Source of the DNA: Candidatus Poribacteria bacterium
Lineage (GTDB): Bacteria; Poribacteria; WGA-4E; PCPOR2b
Assembly: GCA_965208325.1 (NCBI GenBank)
Contig: OZ242326.1
Location: 1,472,001-1,536,000 of the forward strand
Length of the DNA stretch: 64,000 nucleotides
Direction of reading: 5' to 3'
Positions 37,611-49,502 of this stretch are shown here, one piece after another. The notes under the pieces were generated by a model. That model worked only from the letters and a program-made list of their open reading frames with translations. It did not search any database and was not told where the DNA came from. A program made the translations under genes and the position numbers. Numbering within the stretch: position 1 is the first letter of the stretch; each line of letters opens with the position of its first letter.

Positions 37611-40169
37611 ATGAAACAGAAAATCTGGAACGTCAATAGCCCCAATATTGAGACAAGCACGCGGCTCGCCGTGCGGCTTGGTATACCGCAGTTAATCGCG
37701 CAACTGCTCGTCAACCGAGGGGTTGAAACGGAGGACGCCGCGCAGGAATATTTGTACCCAACGCTCTCTAATCTTCATTCGCCGTTCCTGATGCACGGTA
37801 TGGAAAAAGCGGTTGAACGTATTCATTCAGGAATTAAGCGCGGCGAAAAGATTTGGGTCTACGGCGATTATGACGCCGACGGGACGACGGCTGCATCGCT
37901 TTTACTAAACATATTTCGCCATTTTGACGTTCCTGCAAATTTTCACATTCCCAATCGATTTGACGAAGGATATGGCCTCAACAAAACCACCCTCCGTAAA
38001 TTAAGGGAAGACGGTTGCAATCTTCTAATCACAGTCGATTGCGGCATCACCTCAATTGAAGAGGTAGACTTTGCGAACGAAATTGGGATAGACGTGATTA
38101 TTACGGACCACCATCAGCCGCGTCCCGATGCGCTCCCCTCCGCTTATGCGGTGATTTGCTCCAAAATGCCGGAGAGCGAGTATCCTTTTGAAGACTTGGC
38201 TGGTGTCGGATTAGCCTTTAAGCTCGCGCACGGTTTGTTCGGTGGTAATGAGGTGCCCCCAGAGCTGCAATCTCAGCTAGATTTGGTTGCGCTTGGCACG
38301 GTCGTGGACATCGCAACGTTAACCGGCGAAAATCGCGTACTCGCAAAATTGGGGCTGGCAGAACTCAATAAACGCGAACGTCCGGGCATACGCGCGCTCT
38401 GCGAAGTAGCAAAATTTAGTCCCGATAAACCAATCGTAGGACATACACTGTCCTATGTGTTGGGGCCTCGTATTAATGCTGCCGGACGGATGGATGCCGC
38501 CGAGAAAATCGTCCATCTGCTGACGGCTGAATCCGACGAAAAGGCGCTGCCAATAGCCAAGAAATTAGACGACGAAAATCTAGAGCGGCGGAAAGCGGAA
38601 GACCGAATTCGCGCGCAAGCCATCGCCAAGATCAAAAAGGATGTTAATCTCGACAAAGTTAAAGGGCTTGTCATCGCGCACAGAGAATGGCACCGAGGCG
38701 TTATCGGAATAGTCGCATCGCGGATTCTTGAGCAATATTACCGTCCCGTGTTCATTCTGGCAATAAACGGAGACGAAGCCCACGGGTCAGGACGCAGCAT
38801 CGACGGCATTAACCTCGCGGACAGCCTGAACGCTTGCGCCGACCTTTTGGTCAAACACGGAGGGCACACAGCGGCAGCCGGGCTAACCATTAAAACTGAG
38901 AACATCCCGAAATTCGAGCGGCGGTTTAATCGCTACGTTTGTGATCATCTCTCCGACGAGCATCTCGTTCAACAGTTGAGCGTAGAATTTGAAATTCAGA
39001 TGCCCCTTTTATCCTTGGAAACTATTGAAAAACTACAACTCCTTGAACCTTTTGGTGCGGACAATCCCGCGCCGCGAATTGCCATGCGCAACCTGGCGCT
39101 TGATCGGCCGCCCAGTTTAATTGGCAAAGAAAATAATCATCTTAAATTATGGGTGACTGACGGCCGCCAAACCGCGGAAGCCGTCGGGTGGAATATGTCC
39201 GATTATTTTATTTCATTGAAAAATCAAAATGTGCGCCTCGATTTGGCATTTGATCCCGGAATTAGCGAGTGGAACAACGCCCGCAGCCTCCAACTCACCA
39301 TCGCCGATCTTCAAATCGTCTCGCTTGACGCCGCTTCACAACAACACCTGTACCCAACCGATGAGATGGAGAGTCCGGTCAAGATCGTTAATCGCAGAGA
39401 TACAAAAAGTAAAGGTAAGTACCTCTCAAAATTGCTTAGTCGCGGTGAACCCACCCTGTTGTATGTGCGAGACGAGCAGGCGTTGGACCAACTACTTGAG
39501 ATGGTTAATGCAAAAGGCGATTTCTTGATTTCAAGGTGCGGCGCCGATACGCCCGAGACTGAAAGGCGCGCCATGTTAGAAAAATTTGCGCATAGAGAAC
39601 TGCTTACAGTTGTATCAAGTTGCACTTTGCGCGACGCGCCTCATGCCGCGCACCTCGTTTTTTGCCACCCCGTCCCGCAACCTTTGACGTTTTTCAATCG
39701 ATGTCTACCCGCTTTCCAAAAACCGGAAACGACATATATCCACCTCCTCTACAACGCTGACGACATGGAGTGGATGCGACAACGGTTATCCCAGCAATAT
39801 CCGGAGCGGCAGGTGCTGGAGGGGTTGTATAAAAGGCTGCGATTCTTGAGTAAAGCAAACGGTAAAGGTCTCTCGCTGGAAGAAATTATTGCAGATGCCG
39901 ATGCGGCATCCATTCCAAAACCGGCAGTCGTCGGCGGGATTTCAATTCTCGAAGAATTGCAACTGCTGACGCGCGATCCCGGCCTGTTTGAACGTGGAAT
40001 CCAACTTTTGCCGCCGCCGTCGAAAAAACGCAATCTCCACGAGTCTGAAACTTACCTGAACGGAGAACAGATCAAACAAACTAGTCTGTCATTTTCGGAT
40101 TTTCAGTTTAGGCATAACATTCAAGAAATTTGGAAGAGAATAGATTATGAGTGTCGAAGAGCTGATTAA
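37611..40169 (+). CDS. recJ: ssDNA exonuclease RecJ with long C-terminal extension
   Basis: YGDYDADG, ITVDCG, TDHH, PRINAAGR, GSGRS, GGH..AAG, LEPFGADNP. Confidence 0.96.
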   Translation: MKQKIWNVNSPNIETSTRLAVRLGIPQLIAQLLVNRGVETEDAAQEYLYPTLSNLHSPFLMHGMEKAVERIHSGIKRGEKIWVYGDYDADGTTAASLLLNIFRHFDVPANFHIPNRFDEGYGLNKTTLRKLREDGCNLLITVDCGITSIEEVDFANEIGIDVIITDHHQPRPDALPSAYAVICSKMPESEYPFEDLAGVGLAFKLAHGLFGGNEVPPELQSQLDLVALGTVVDIATLTGENRVLAKLGLAELNKRERPGIRALCEVAKFSPDKPIVGHTLSYVLGPRINAAGRMDAAEKIVHLLTAESDEKALPIAKKLDDENLERRKAEDRIRAQAIAKIKKDVNLDKVKGLVIAHREWHRGVIGIVASRILEQYYRPVFILAINGDEAHGSGRSIDGINLADSLNACADLLVKHGGHTAAAGLTIKTENIPKFERRFNRYVCDHLSDEHLVQQLSVEFEIQMPLLSLETIEKLQLLEPFGADNPAPRIAMRNLALDRPPSLIGKENNHLKLWVTDGRQTAEAVGWNMSDYFISLKNQNVRLDLAFDPGISEWNNARSLQLTIADLQIVSLDAASQQHLYPTDEMESPVKIVNRRDTKSKGKYLSKLLSRGEPTLLYVRDEQALDQLLEMVNAKGDFLISRCGADTPETERRAMLEKFAHRELLTVVSSCTLRDAPHAAHLVFCHPVPQPLTFFNRCLPAFQKPETTYIHLLYNADDMEWMRQRLSQQYPERQVLEGLYKRLRFLSKANGKGLSLEEIIADADAASIPKPAVVGGISILEELQLLTRDPGLFERGIQLLPPPSKKRNLHESETYLNGEQIKQTSLSFSDFQFRHNIQEIWKRIDYECRRAD

Positions 40170-42294
40170 TCAAATCGAAGTTTACAATCCGGATGCTGAC
40201 TTCGATCTGCTGCGGAGAAGCTACGAATACAGTGAAGAGCACCACAGCGGCCAACAGCGGAGATCTGGCCACCCTTATTTCACGCACTGTCTTGAGACCG
40301 CCAAATCCTTAATTGATTTGAAATTGGATGTACCCACAATCTGCGCCGGGCTTTTGCACGATGTGCTAGAAGATACGTTGGTGACCCGCGATGACCTCGC
40401 GCAGCTTTTCGGAGAGTCCATAGCTCAACTTGTCGAAGGTGTTACCAAAATCGGCACCTACCATTTCAAAGGCAGAACCCAGCAAACTCAAGCTGATAAC
40501 TACCTGAATTTGTTTTTAGCTACGGCAAAAGACATTCGCGTTATTCTCATTAAGCTCGCCGATCGGTTACATAATATGGAAACCCTGTCATTCCTACCTA
40601 TTGGCAGACAGCAGGAAATTGCGAAGGAGACGCTTGAAATCTACGCCTCCCTGGCTCACCGATTGGGAATAAATCGATTCAAAAGCAGACTGGAAGATTT
40701 AGCGTTCAAGTATCTACATCCCCTCGAATACAGAGAGATTGCGAGCCTGCTTGCGGAGAAACTCGATGAGAGGGAAGCATATACACGGAAAATGGAAGGG
40801 ATAATCGTCCAAGAATTGGAGGCGGGCGGGATCAGGGCAAAGGTGCATGGCCGCCCCAAGCATATATATAGCATCTATCACAAGATTCACCACAAGGGCG
40901 TACCCTTCGAGGAAATTTGCGATTTGACTGCGTTGCGAATCTTGGTAGAAACCACTGCGGACTGTTACGCGGTGTTAGGGGCTTTACACGGTAAGTGGAA
41001 GCATATACCGGAGAGATTTAAAGATTTTGTCGGACTGCCCAAGAGAAACGGCTATAGGTCGCTGCACACCACAATCCTCGATCGGGATCGTCCTGAACGA
41101 GGCCGCCCCATAGAGATTCAGATTCGGGCATTTCAGATGCACGAAGTTGCCGAATACGGCATTGCCGCGCATTGGAGTTACAAGGAAGGGTTGCCGTCAA
41201 CGTCAGAAAGCCAGTCTATATTCGCGTGGTTGAGGCAGATGCTGGATGACATTCAGGAGCTCAAGAATCCTTACCAGTTCATCCAATCTATGAAGTGGGA
41301 GTTGCTTCCGGATGAGGTTTATGTCTTTTCACCCAAGGGCGACCTGTATTCGCTTCCAGCCGGATCGACGCCAATCGACTTCGCATACAAAATTCATACA
41401 GATATTGGGGACACATGTTGCGGCGCAGAAGTCAACGGGGTGATATTACCGCTCAGGCACCGCCTGCAGAATGGAGACCGCGTAAGAATCATGACCAATT
41501 CCAAGGCGCACCCAAGCCGGGATTGGTTGCGGTGGGTCAAAACTACGCGTGCGCGAAACAAGATTCGGCACTGGTTTAGAGAACAAGATCGCGCACAAGC
41601 CATCGAACTTGGAAGAAGATTCCTCGAAATGGAATTGCGCCGCCAGCATCTTGATCTGCGGACTTATCTGAAATCGCCCGAGCTACTGGCGTTCGCGAAA
41701 AAGTTGAAACTCAACACAATTGATGACCTGTTGATGCAGATTGGAAACGGGAAGGAATCCGCTGAACACGTTGTCAATGTGTTACACCCCGAACCAGATA
41801 CGAGGGAGGGAACGGAGACGCCTGTAGATGCGGTTCGTCCGGCGCCGGCGATTCAGCTTGAAGGGATAGATATTGCGCTCGTGCGCATCATGAAGTGTTG
41901 CTACCCAATTCCGGGCGATGAGATTATCGGATATATTACACGCGGCCGCGGTGTCTCCATTCATCGGGCAGGCTGTCCGCGTATAATAAATGAGACGGAG
42001 CGGGTTGTCAATGTCGAGTGGAAACCGGAAAACCTTACGACCTACCCGGCTGAAATTGCCGTGCAGTGTGATGATCGTCCCGGTATGCTTGGGGAGATTG
42101 CTACGTTAATTGCACAATACAAGGTGAACATCGTAAAGGGAAATCTCGCACACTCGTCAATGCCCGTTGAGGGCATGGCGCATGACCGGCTCACGTTAGC
42201 GGTGAATAGCATTGAGCAGCTAGAAGCGGTCATGGAGTCTATTCGTTGCTTGAAAGGCGTACAAACCGTTAGCAGAATCGCTGCAAGAAATTGA
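40147..42294 (+). CDS. relA: Bifunctional (p)ppGpp synthetase/hydrolase (long RSH)
   Basis: Intact LLHDVLEDT hydrolase motif, GRPKHIYS, YRSLHTT, EIQIR, TGS, CC and ACT domains. Confidence 0.96.
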   Translation: MSVEELINQIEVYNPDADFDLLRRSYEYSEEHHSGQQRRSGHPYFTHCLETAKSLIDLKLDVPTICAGLLHDVLEDTLVTRDDLAQLFGESIAQLVEGVTKIGTYHFKGRTQQTQADNYLNLFLATAKDIRVILIKLADRLHNMETLSFLPIGRQQEIAKETLEIYASLAHRLGINRFKSRLEDLAFKYLHPLEYREIASLLAEKLDEREAYTRKMEGIIVQELEAGGIRAKVHGRPKHIYSIYHKIHHKGVPFEEICDLTALRILVETTADCYAVLGALHGKWKHIPERFKDFVGLPKRNGYRSLHTTILDRDRPERGRPIEIQIRAFQMHEVAEYGIAAHWSYKEGLPSTSESQSIFAWLRQMLDDIQELKNPYQFIQSMKWELLPDEVYVFSPKGDLYSLPAGSTPIDFAYKIHTDIGDTCCGAEVNGVILPLRHRLQNGDRVRIMTNSKAHPSRDWLRWVKTTRARNKIRHWFREQDRAQAIELGRRFLEMELRRQHLDLRTYLKSPELLAFAKKLKLNTIDDLLMQIGNGKESAEHVVNVLHPEPDTREGTETPVDAVRPAPAIQLEGIDIALVRIMKCCYPIPGDEIIGYITRGRGVSIHRAGCPRIINETERVVNVEWKPENLTTYPAEIAVQCDDRPGMLGEIATLIAQYKVNIVKGNLAHSSMPVEGMAHDRLTLAVNSIEQLEAVMESIRCLKGVQTVSRIAARN

Positions 42295-42324
42295 GCGCTT
42301 TTCGATTGAGTCAAAACGTAACGC

Positions 42325-42558
42325 TCAACTTCCCGTTTCCAATGCAAGTTCCGGTTCACCTGCGCCCGAAATCACCTTTACAACTTTTCCAGACTTTAGG
42401 CATCGCACACATATCCGGATTCGTTTGTTGCCGGCTTCCGTTTGAATTCGGACGCGCTGTAAATTTGGTAACCATCTCCGCTTGGTATGCCGGCGTGATT
42501 TGCTTATTCGGTGGCCTGTCATCGGCTTTTTGCCGCATACATAACAGATACGTGCCAA
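42325..42558 (-). CDS. rpmB: 50S ribosomal protein L28
   Basis: TTG start after GGGAGG; ARICYVCGK, HTKRRWLPNLQ, CVRCLKSG. Confidence 0.93.
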   Translation of the reverse strand: MARICYVCGKKPMTGHRISKSRRHTKRRWLPNLQRVRIQTEAGNKRIRICVRCLKSGKVVKVISGAGEPELALETGS

Positions 42559-42686
42559 TTTACCTCCCTCCCTTCTCGATTGCTTGAATTCCAAAATAGA
42601 CGCAACCTGCTTAGCATATCATAATACAGCCGTGAAATGCAAGGTTTTTTGGGAAACCGCTCAATTCCGCCTCGCGAGTTTCAGTA

Positions 42687-43475
42687 ATGAATTGCAAAGT
42701 GAAAATTCAAAAGCCGTTAATCGTTGTTGGTCTCGCACTCGGTTATTTTGCCTGCGGTGACGATTCCCCAGTCGCTCCTCATCAGCAACCGGTGGCACCT
42801 CAATTCGGAGCCGTGTCCGGTACAATCACCGATGCCAGAACGGGCAATCCGATTCCACATGCCACAGTTACGCTGTTAAATCAGACCACAAAAGTGGGTG
42901 TTAACGGGAAGTACATCTTCTCACAAGTCGCCTATTCCGACACCTTGAGCCTGACTGTCGAAGCCTCAGATTACGCAACGCAAAAGCCGACATTTGCGTT
43001 GAATACCAAAAGCCTCGTGATTGACACCCCATTAGAACCGTTAACAAATCCTGAACTGGAGATTCGGCAGTTCCTAAATACTCTTTCCAAACTTGTTGGG
43101 TCAAGAGATGAAAACAAGATTGAAGCGATACAAGCGCATTTTTCGCAATCCTACTTAGCGGGCGCCGATCCGGTCACCCGCTTTTTCGGTCTGCCAACCG
43201 GCGTCGTTCCGGCAAATCATGAGCAGGTCATCCCGTGGATTTTGAAGCTCTTTGAAACGTACAGCACCATCGAATTTGACTTTTACGGCGTTATGGTAGA
43301 GGTTACGCATACCCAAAAGGCTTCTGCGCAGATGAACTTTGACGTGCTTACGGAAAAAGGCGTTCGATCTGACAGACAAAAAATCATCTCCGAATGTGAA
43401 ATCTTTTTCCGCAAAGAAGCGTCTCATTGGAAAGTAATCTTCTGGCAGTTTTCCAAATTTGATATTCATTTGTAG
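42687..43475 (+). CDS. Putative lipoprotein: carboxypeptidase-regulatory-like domain + NTF2-like C-terminus
   Basis: Lipobox FAC, VSGTITDARTGNPIPHATVTL, C-terminal FRKEASHWKVI. Confidence 0.7.
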   Translation: MNCKVKIQKPLIVVGLALGYFACGDDSPVAPHQQPVAPQFGAVSGTITDARTGNPIPHATVTLLNQTTKVGVNGKYIFSQVAYSDTLSLTVEASDYATQKPTFALNTKSLVIDTPLEPLTNPELEIRQFLNTLSKLVGSRDENKIEAIQAHFSQSYLAGADPVTRFFGLPTGVVPANHEQVIPWILKLFETYSTIEFDFYGVMVEVTHTQKASAQMNFDVLTEKGVRSDRQKIISECEIFFRKEASHWKVIFWQFSKFDIHL

Positions 43476-43502
43476 AGCCTCAATTAAGTAAACGCTGTGT
43501 AA

Positions 43503-45515
<2,013 letters not shown>

Positions 45516-45552
45516 TTGAAGACACGCGCGGCTGCGGCACTATGCATTTTCC

Positions 45553-45581
45553 TTGACAGGTATATGCATCAAGTCTATAAT
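45553..45581 (+). promoter_or_regulatory. Consensus sigma70 promoter for dapF-dapA
   Basis: Perfect TTGACA-N17-TATAAT. Confidence 0.88.
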
Positions 45582-45617
45582 AGGCGCTAGCAAATGTCAC
45601 AAGACAGGACAAAGATT

Positions 45618-46442
45618 ATGGCAAAGATTCCCTTTATGAAACTCAGCGGGGCGGGGAACGACTTCGTGATTATTGACAATTTCAAACGCATCGTCCCGTA
45701 TGAAAACACGGATTTTGTCGCAAAGGTTTGCGAACGCCGAATGTCTGTGGGCGCCGATGGTATTCTACTCGTTGAAAATTCGGAACAGGCTGATTTTAAG
45801 ATGCGCTATTTTAATGCGGACGGCGGCGAAGCCGAGACATGCGGCAACGGCGCAAGGTGCATCTCCAAGTTTGCGCACATCAACGGCATCACTTCCGAGC
45901 GAATGCGTTTTGAAACGAAAGCCGGAATCTACGAATCGGCAATTCTCAAGTCAGGCGTCAAAGTGCGAATGAGCGATCCCATAGATGTGCGATTGAACTT
46001 CCCGCTGCGGCTCGAAGACGGCGTGTACACCGTCTGTTCCGTCAATAGCGGCGTGCCCCACGTGGTATTTTTTATGGAAGATCTCGAAGCGGCGGACGTT
46101 GTTAATCTCGGTGCACAAACACGCTATCACGGCGATTTTCAGCCCGCAGGAACCAATGTAAACTTTGTACGAATCAAAAACGAACGAGAAATCAATGTTC
46201 GCACGTATGAACGGGGAGTCGAAGATGAAACCCTCGCGTGCGGCACCGGCTCAATCGCGTCCGCTGTATTATCTGCACTGCTCGGAAAGACAGTTGCGCC
46301 GGTTGCGGTGCGGACGGCAAGCGGGTCTGTGCTGACAATCCATTTCGAGCTGGATGGTGGGGGTGCCAAAAACGTACATTTGGAGGGCGACGCGCGGGTT
46401 ATCTACGCCGGTGAACTTGAAGAGGGCGCGTGGAATTACTGA
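45618..46442 (+). CDS. dapF: Diaminopimelate epimerase
   Basis: GAGNDF, GADG, NADG...CGNGARC, GVPHVV, ERGVEDETLACGTG. Confidence 0.96.
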   Translation: MAKIPFMKLSGAGNDFVIIDNFKRIVPYENTDFVAKVCERRMSVGADGILLVENSEQADFKMRYFNADGGEAETCGNGARCISKFAHINGITSERMRFETKAGIYESAILKSGVKVRMSDPIDVRLNFPLRLEDGVYTVCSVNSGVPHVVFFMEDLEAADVVNLGAQTRYHGDFQPAGTNVNFVRIKNEREINVRTYERGVEDETLACGTGSIASAVLSALLGKTVAPVAVRTASGSVLTIHFELDGGGAKNVHLEGDARVIYAGELEEGAWNY

Positions 46443-46479
46443 AGACCATAGGCTATCAAGATATTGAAGGAGGTTTCGC

Positions 46480-47355
46480 ATGTTTGAAGGATCCTTTGTA
46501 GCTATCGTAACGCCGTTCAAAGACGACGAATCGCTGGACGAAAGCAAACTTAAGGAACTCATCGAATTTCAGATTGCTGAAGGGACGCACGGGATTGTCC
46601 CTTGTGGGACCACTGGAGAATCGCCGACGCTTTCCCACTTGGAACACGACCGCGTTGTGGCATTGACCGCCGAAACAGTTAACGGGCGCGCGTCTGTAAT
46701 CGCCGGATCGGGTTCAAATTCAACCGCGGAGGCGCTGCGGTTGACAAAACACGCCAAGTCGGTTGGTGCTGACGGCGCGTTGGTCATCACGCCCTACTAC
46801 AATAAACCGACGCAAGCTGGCTTATACGCCCACTTCATGGCAATCGCGGATGCCGTCGAAATCCCCATAATCATCTACAACGTCCCCTCACGCACTGGCA
46901 TAGACATCCTCCCCGAAACGCTCGCCAAACTCGGTGAGCACCCAAACATTGTCGGCACCAAAGAGGCGACCGGACTAGTCAGGCGTTCCAGCGACATTGT
47001 GCAGATGTGTGGTGAGGATTTTATCATCCTTTCCGGAAACGATGATGACACCTTTCCAATTCTAGCTGTCGGCGGGAATGGGGTAATCTCCGTCGTTGCC
47101 AACGTTGCGCCCGCCGATGTTGCAGAGATGTGTAACGCTTTCAAAGCGGGCAACATCGAACTCGCCCGTAAACTCCATTACAAAACGCTGCCCCTCGCGG
47201 TAGACCTCTTTATCGAAACAAATCCCATCCCCGCTAAGACCGCCCTCATGTTGATGGGGAAACTCAACGGGAAAATTCGGCTTCCGCTGGCGCCAATGGC
47301 AAGCGCAAATGCGGAAAAACTCCGCCGGACATTGGCGGATTCGGGCTTGCTTTAA
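46480..47355 (+). CDS. dapA: 4-hydroxy-tetrahydrodipicolinate synthase
   Basis: GTTGESPTL, TPYYNKP, YNVPSRTG, KEA, ETNPIP.K. Confidence 0.97.
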   Translation: MFEGSFVAIVTPFKDDESLDESKLKELIEFQIAEGTHGIVPCGTTGESPTLSHLEHDRVVALTAETVNGRASVIAGSGSNSTAEALRLTKHAKSVGADGALVITPYYNKPTQAGLYAHFMAIADAVEIPIIIYNVPSRTGIDILPETLAKLGEHPNIVGTKEATGLVRRSSDIVQMCGEDFIILSGNDDDTFPILAVGGNGVISVVANVAPADVAEMCNAFKAGNIELARKLHYKTLPLAVDLFIETNPIPAKTALMLMGKLNGKIRLPLAPMASANAEKLRRTLADSGLL

Positions 47356-47533
47356 GCGATCGCCGTAGGTCTAAGGTACCACGCTTTCCGGTGTTTTTTC
47401 ATCAGTCTAAAGGTGAATGCTGGTTGGACTCGCCTTTTCACCAATTGGATTCAGATTAGTCATTCAAAGGTTTACACGATGCGTTTAGAATAGTTTGCGT
47501 TGCCGCGGTGAAACTCACGAAATTTTACGGCTG

Positions 47534-49216
47534 ATGTTAGATAAAAAACGGAAACTGGTATTAGCGGGAATTGCCTTCCTTTCAATCTGCGCGCTTGCAA
47601 TTTTTGGTTCGAAGCACCTTGAACAACCCAATGCTCTCGTTTGGTATAGCATCGTCCCGCCGCTTTTCGCAGTCACATGCGCTATTGCAACGAATCGGCT
47701 CATGTTGAGCCTCGGACTAGCTGTAGTTGCCGGCATTGTCCTCTCCTCGGTGAAGAGTCAGCCTGCTTCCATCTGGCTGTGGGTTCCCTCCGTGTTCAAT
47801 CATACCTATTCGGTGGGGAAGTCCGTCGCCGACTCATTTAACCTCCTAATAATTCTCTTCATCGTGCTGATTCTGTCGACGATTTCGGTGGTAATCGTTT
47901 CCGGCGGCATCCAAGGCATAATCTATTGGCTCACCCGATTTGCGAAAGGGCCGCGCTCAACCCAGTTTGTCACGGTGCTCATGGGGTTTGCGGTTTTTAT
48001 CGACGACTATGCCAACACCATGATTGTTGGGTCTTCGATGCGGCCCGCAACCGACCACCAACGCATTAGCCGCGCGAAACTGGCGTTCCTCGTGGATTCC
48101 ACGACTGCCCCAATTGCGGGTCTCGCCGTGGTGAGTACATGGATTGGGTATGAGGTAGGGTTGTTCACTGACGTTGCGAACTCAATCGGAATACAGCGGG
48201 ACGGTTACTCCATGTTCTTTGACGCGCTGGGATTTCGATTCTATTGTATGATGACGATTATTTTCGTTATCGCAAACGCCGTCAGCGGTGTAGATTACGG
48301 CCCGATGCGGAAGGCGCAACTTCTCGCCAGAAAAACAGGGGCAGTGGATTCCGGATATGCAAGGTCGAAATCGTCAAGAGTATTCACGAGATTAAAGCAT
48401 TCGCCTTCAGCTATTATCCATCCGCTGGCTGCACTTGTTCCCATTGGGACGCTTTTCGGCGCAATGTTCATAGGATTTTGGATTGACGGCGGCGGCCGCG
48501 GTTCTATCCTCTCTCTATCAGATTGGCGGAATGCATTATCTAACGCAAACAACGTAAAAATTCTTACGATTGCGTCCGGAAGCAGCTTTCTTTTGGCGAT
48601 TGTGTGCGCAAAGCTGTTTTCCCGGATTAACCTATCCGAAACTGGGGTGGCAATACGCTCGGGCCTTAAGGGCAGCCTGCTGCCGACGACAATTCTCGTC
48701 CTAGCCTGGGGTTTGAAAGCTGTATGCGACCAACTTTCTACGGGCGGTTTTCTCGCAGCGGCGGTCGAAGGCGTGCTTTCGCCGCTATGGTTCCCTGCGC
48801 TCCTCTTTATCGTGGCGTCCGTGACCTCCTTCGCCACCGGCACGAGCTGGGGTACGATGGCGATACTTATCCCGACTGCCATTCCTGTGGCTTTTTCACT
48901 TGATGGCAGCGTCTATGGACTGACGACAATGATTAGCTTAGGTGCAGTCCTTGACGGATCAATCTTCGGCGACCACTGCTCGCCCATCTCCGACACCACA
49001 ATCATGAGTTCCATCGCAAGCGATTGCGAACCCATTCACCACGTACACACCCAACTCCCGTACAGCCTAACTGTTGCAGGACTAGCACTTATCTGTGGGT
49101 ATATTCCGGCAGCGCTGGGAGTGTCATCCTACGTCGCAATCGGCGTCGCGGCGGCTTTAATCGTTCTGCTGTTTTATATCGTTGGTAAGATTGGCGACCG
49201 TCAACAGTTGGCCTAG
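47534..49216 (+). CDS. Na+/H+ antiporter NhaC family transporter
   Basis: FIDDYAN, KLAFLVDSTTAP, FATGTSWGT, FGDHCSPISDTTI, HV.TQLPY. Confidence 0.9.
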   Translation: MLDKKRKLVLAGIAFLSICALAIFGSKHLEQPNALVWYSIVPPLFAVTCAIATNRLMLSLGLAVVAGIVLSSVKSQPASIWLWVPSVFNHTYSVGKSVADSFNLLIILFIVLILSTISVVIVSGGIQGIIYWLTRFAKGPRSTQFVTVLMGFAVFIDDYANTMIVGSSMRPATDHQRISRAKLAFLVDSTTAPIAGLAVVSTWIGYEVGLFTDVANSIGIQRDGYSMFFDALGFRFYCMMTIIFVIANAVSGVDYGPMRKAQLLARKTGAVDSGYARSKSSRVFTRLKHSPSAIIHPLAALVPIGTLFGAMFIGFWIDGGGRGSILSLSDWRNALSNANNVKILTIASGSSFLLAIVCAKLFSRINLSETGVAIRSGLKGSLLPTTILVLAWGLKAVCDQLSTGGFLAAAVEGVLSPLWFPALLFIVASVTSFATGTSWGTMAILIPTAIPVAFSLDGSVYGLTTMISLGAVLDGSIFGDHCSPISDTTIMSSIASDCEPIHHVHTQLPYSLTVAGLALICGYIPAALGVSSYVAIGVAAALIVLLFYIVGKIGDRQQLA

Positions 49217-49251
49217 GTCGTGGCAAATTTTATGTGAAACTGTCGATATCC

Positions 49252-49274
49252 GTAGGGGCGAGGTCTCCTCGCCC
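49252..49274 (+). repeat. GTAG-type REP palindrome
   Basis: GTAG + GGGCGAGG-TCT-CCTCGCCC. Confidence 0.72.
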
Positions 49275-49502
49275 TTTGACCACGCGGGCCGCGCACAGCC
49301 AACTACCCAGGTCTTGTGGGTTGGGCTGATCCTTCGCTATCCGCTCAATTGATCGTTGCGTATCGCGAACAACTAAAATATAATAAACGCCTTGAATCGC
49401 CGAACTCATACATCAAAATTCGCATGTTTCTTCATATCTGCTCCACCCTACCGACGTAATCTGAATTTTGTAACGTTAGTCGAATCGACGGGAGACATTT
49501 AA

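Noticed and set aside
47356..47460. c-di-GMP-I riboswitch (GGTCTAAGG-like word)
   Set aside because: The required GCAAA P1 hairpin and downstream pairing are not found
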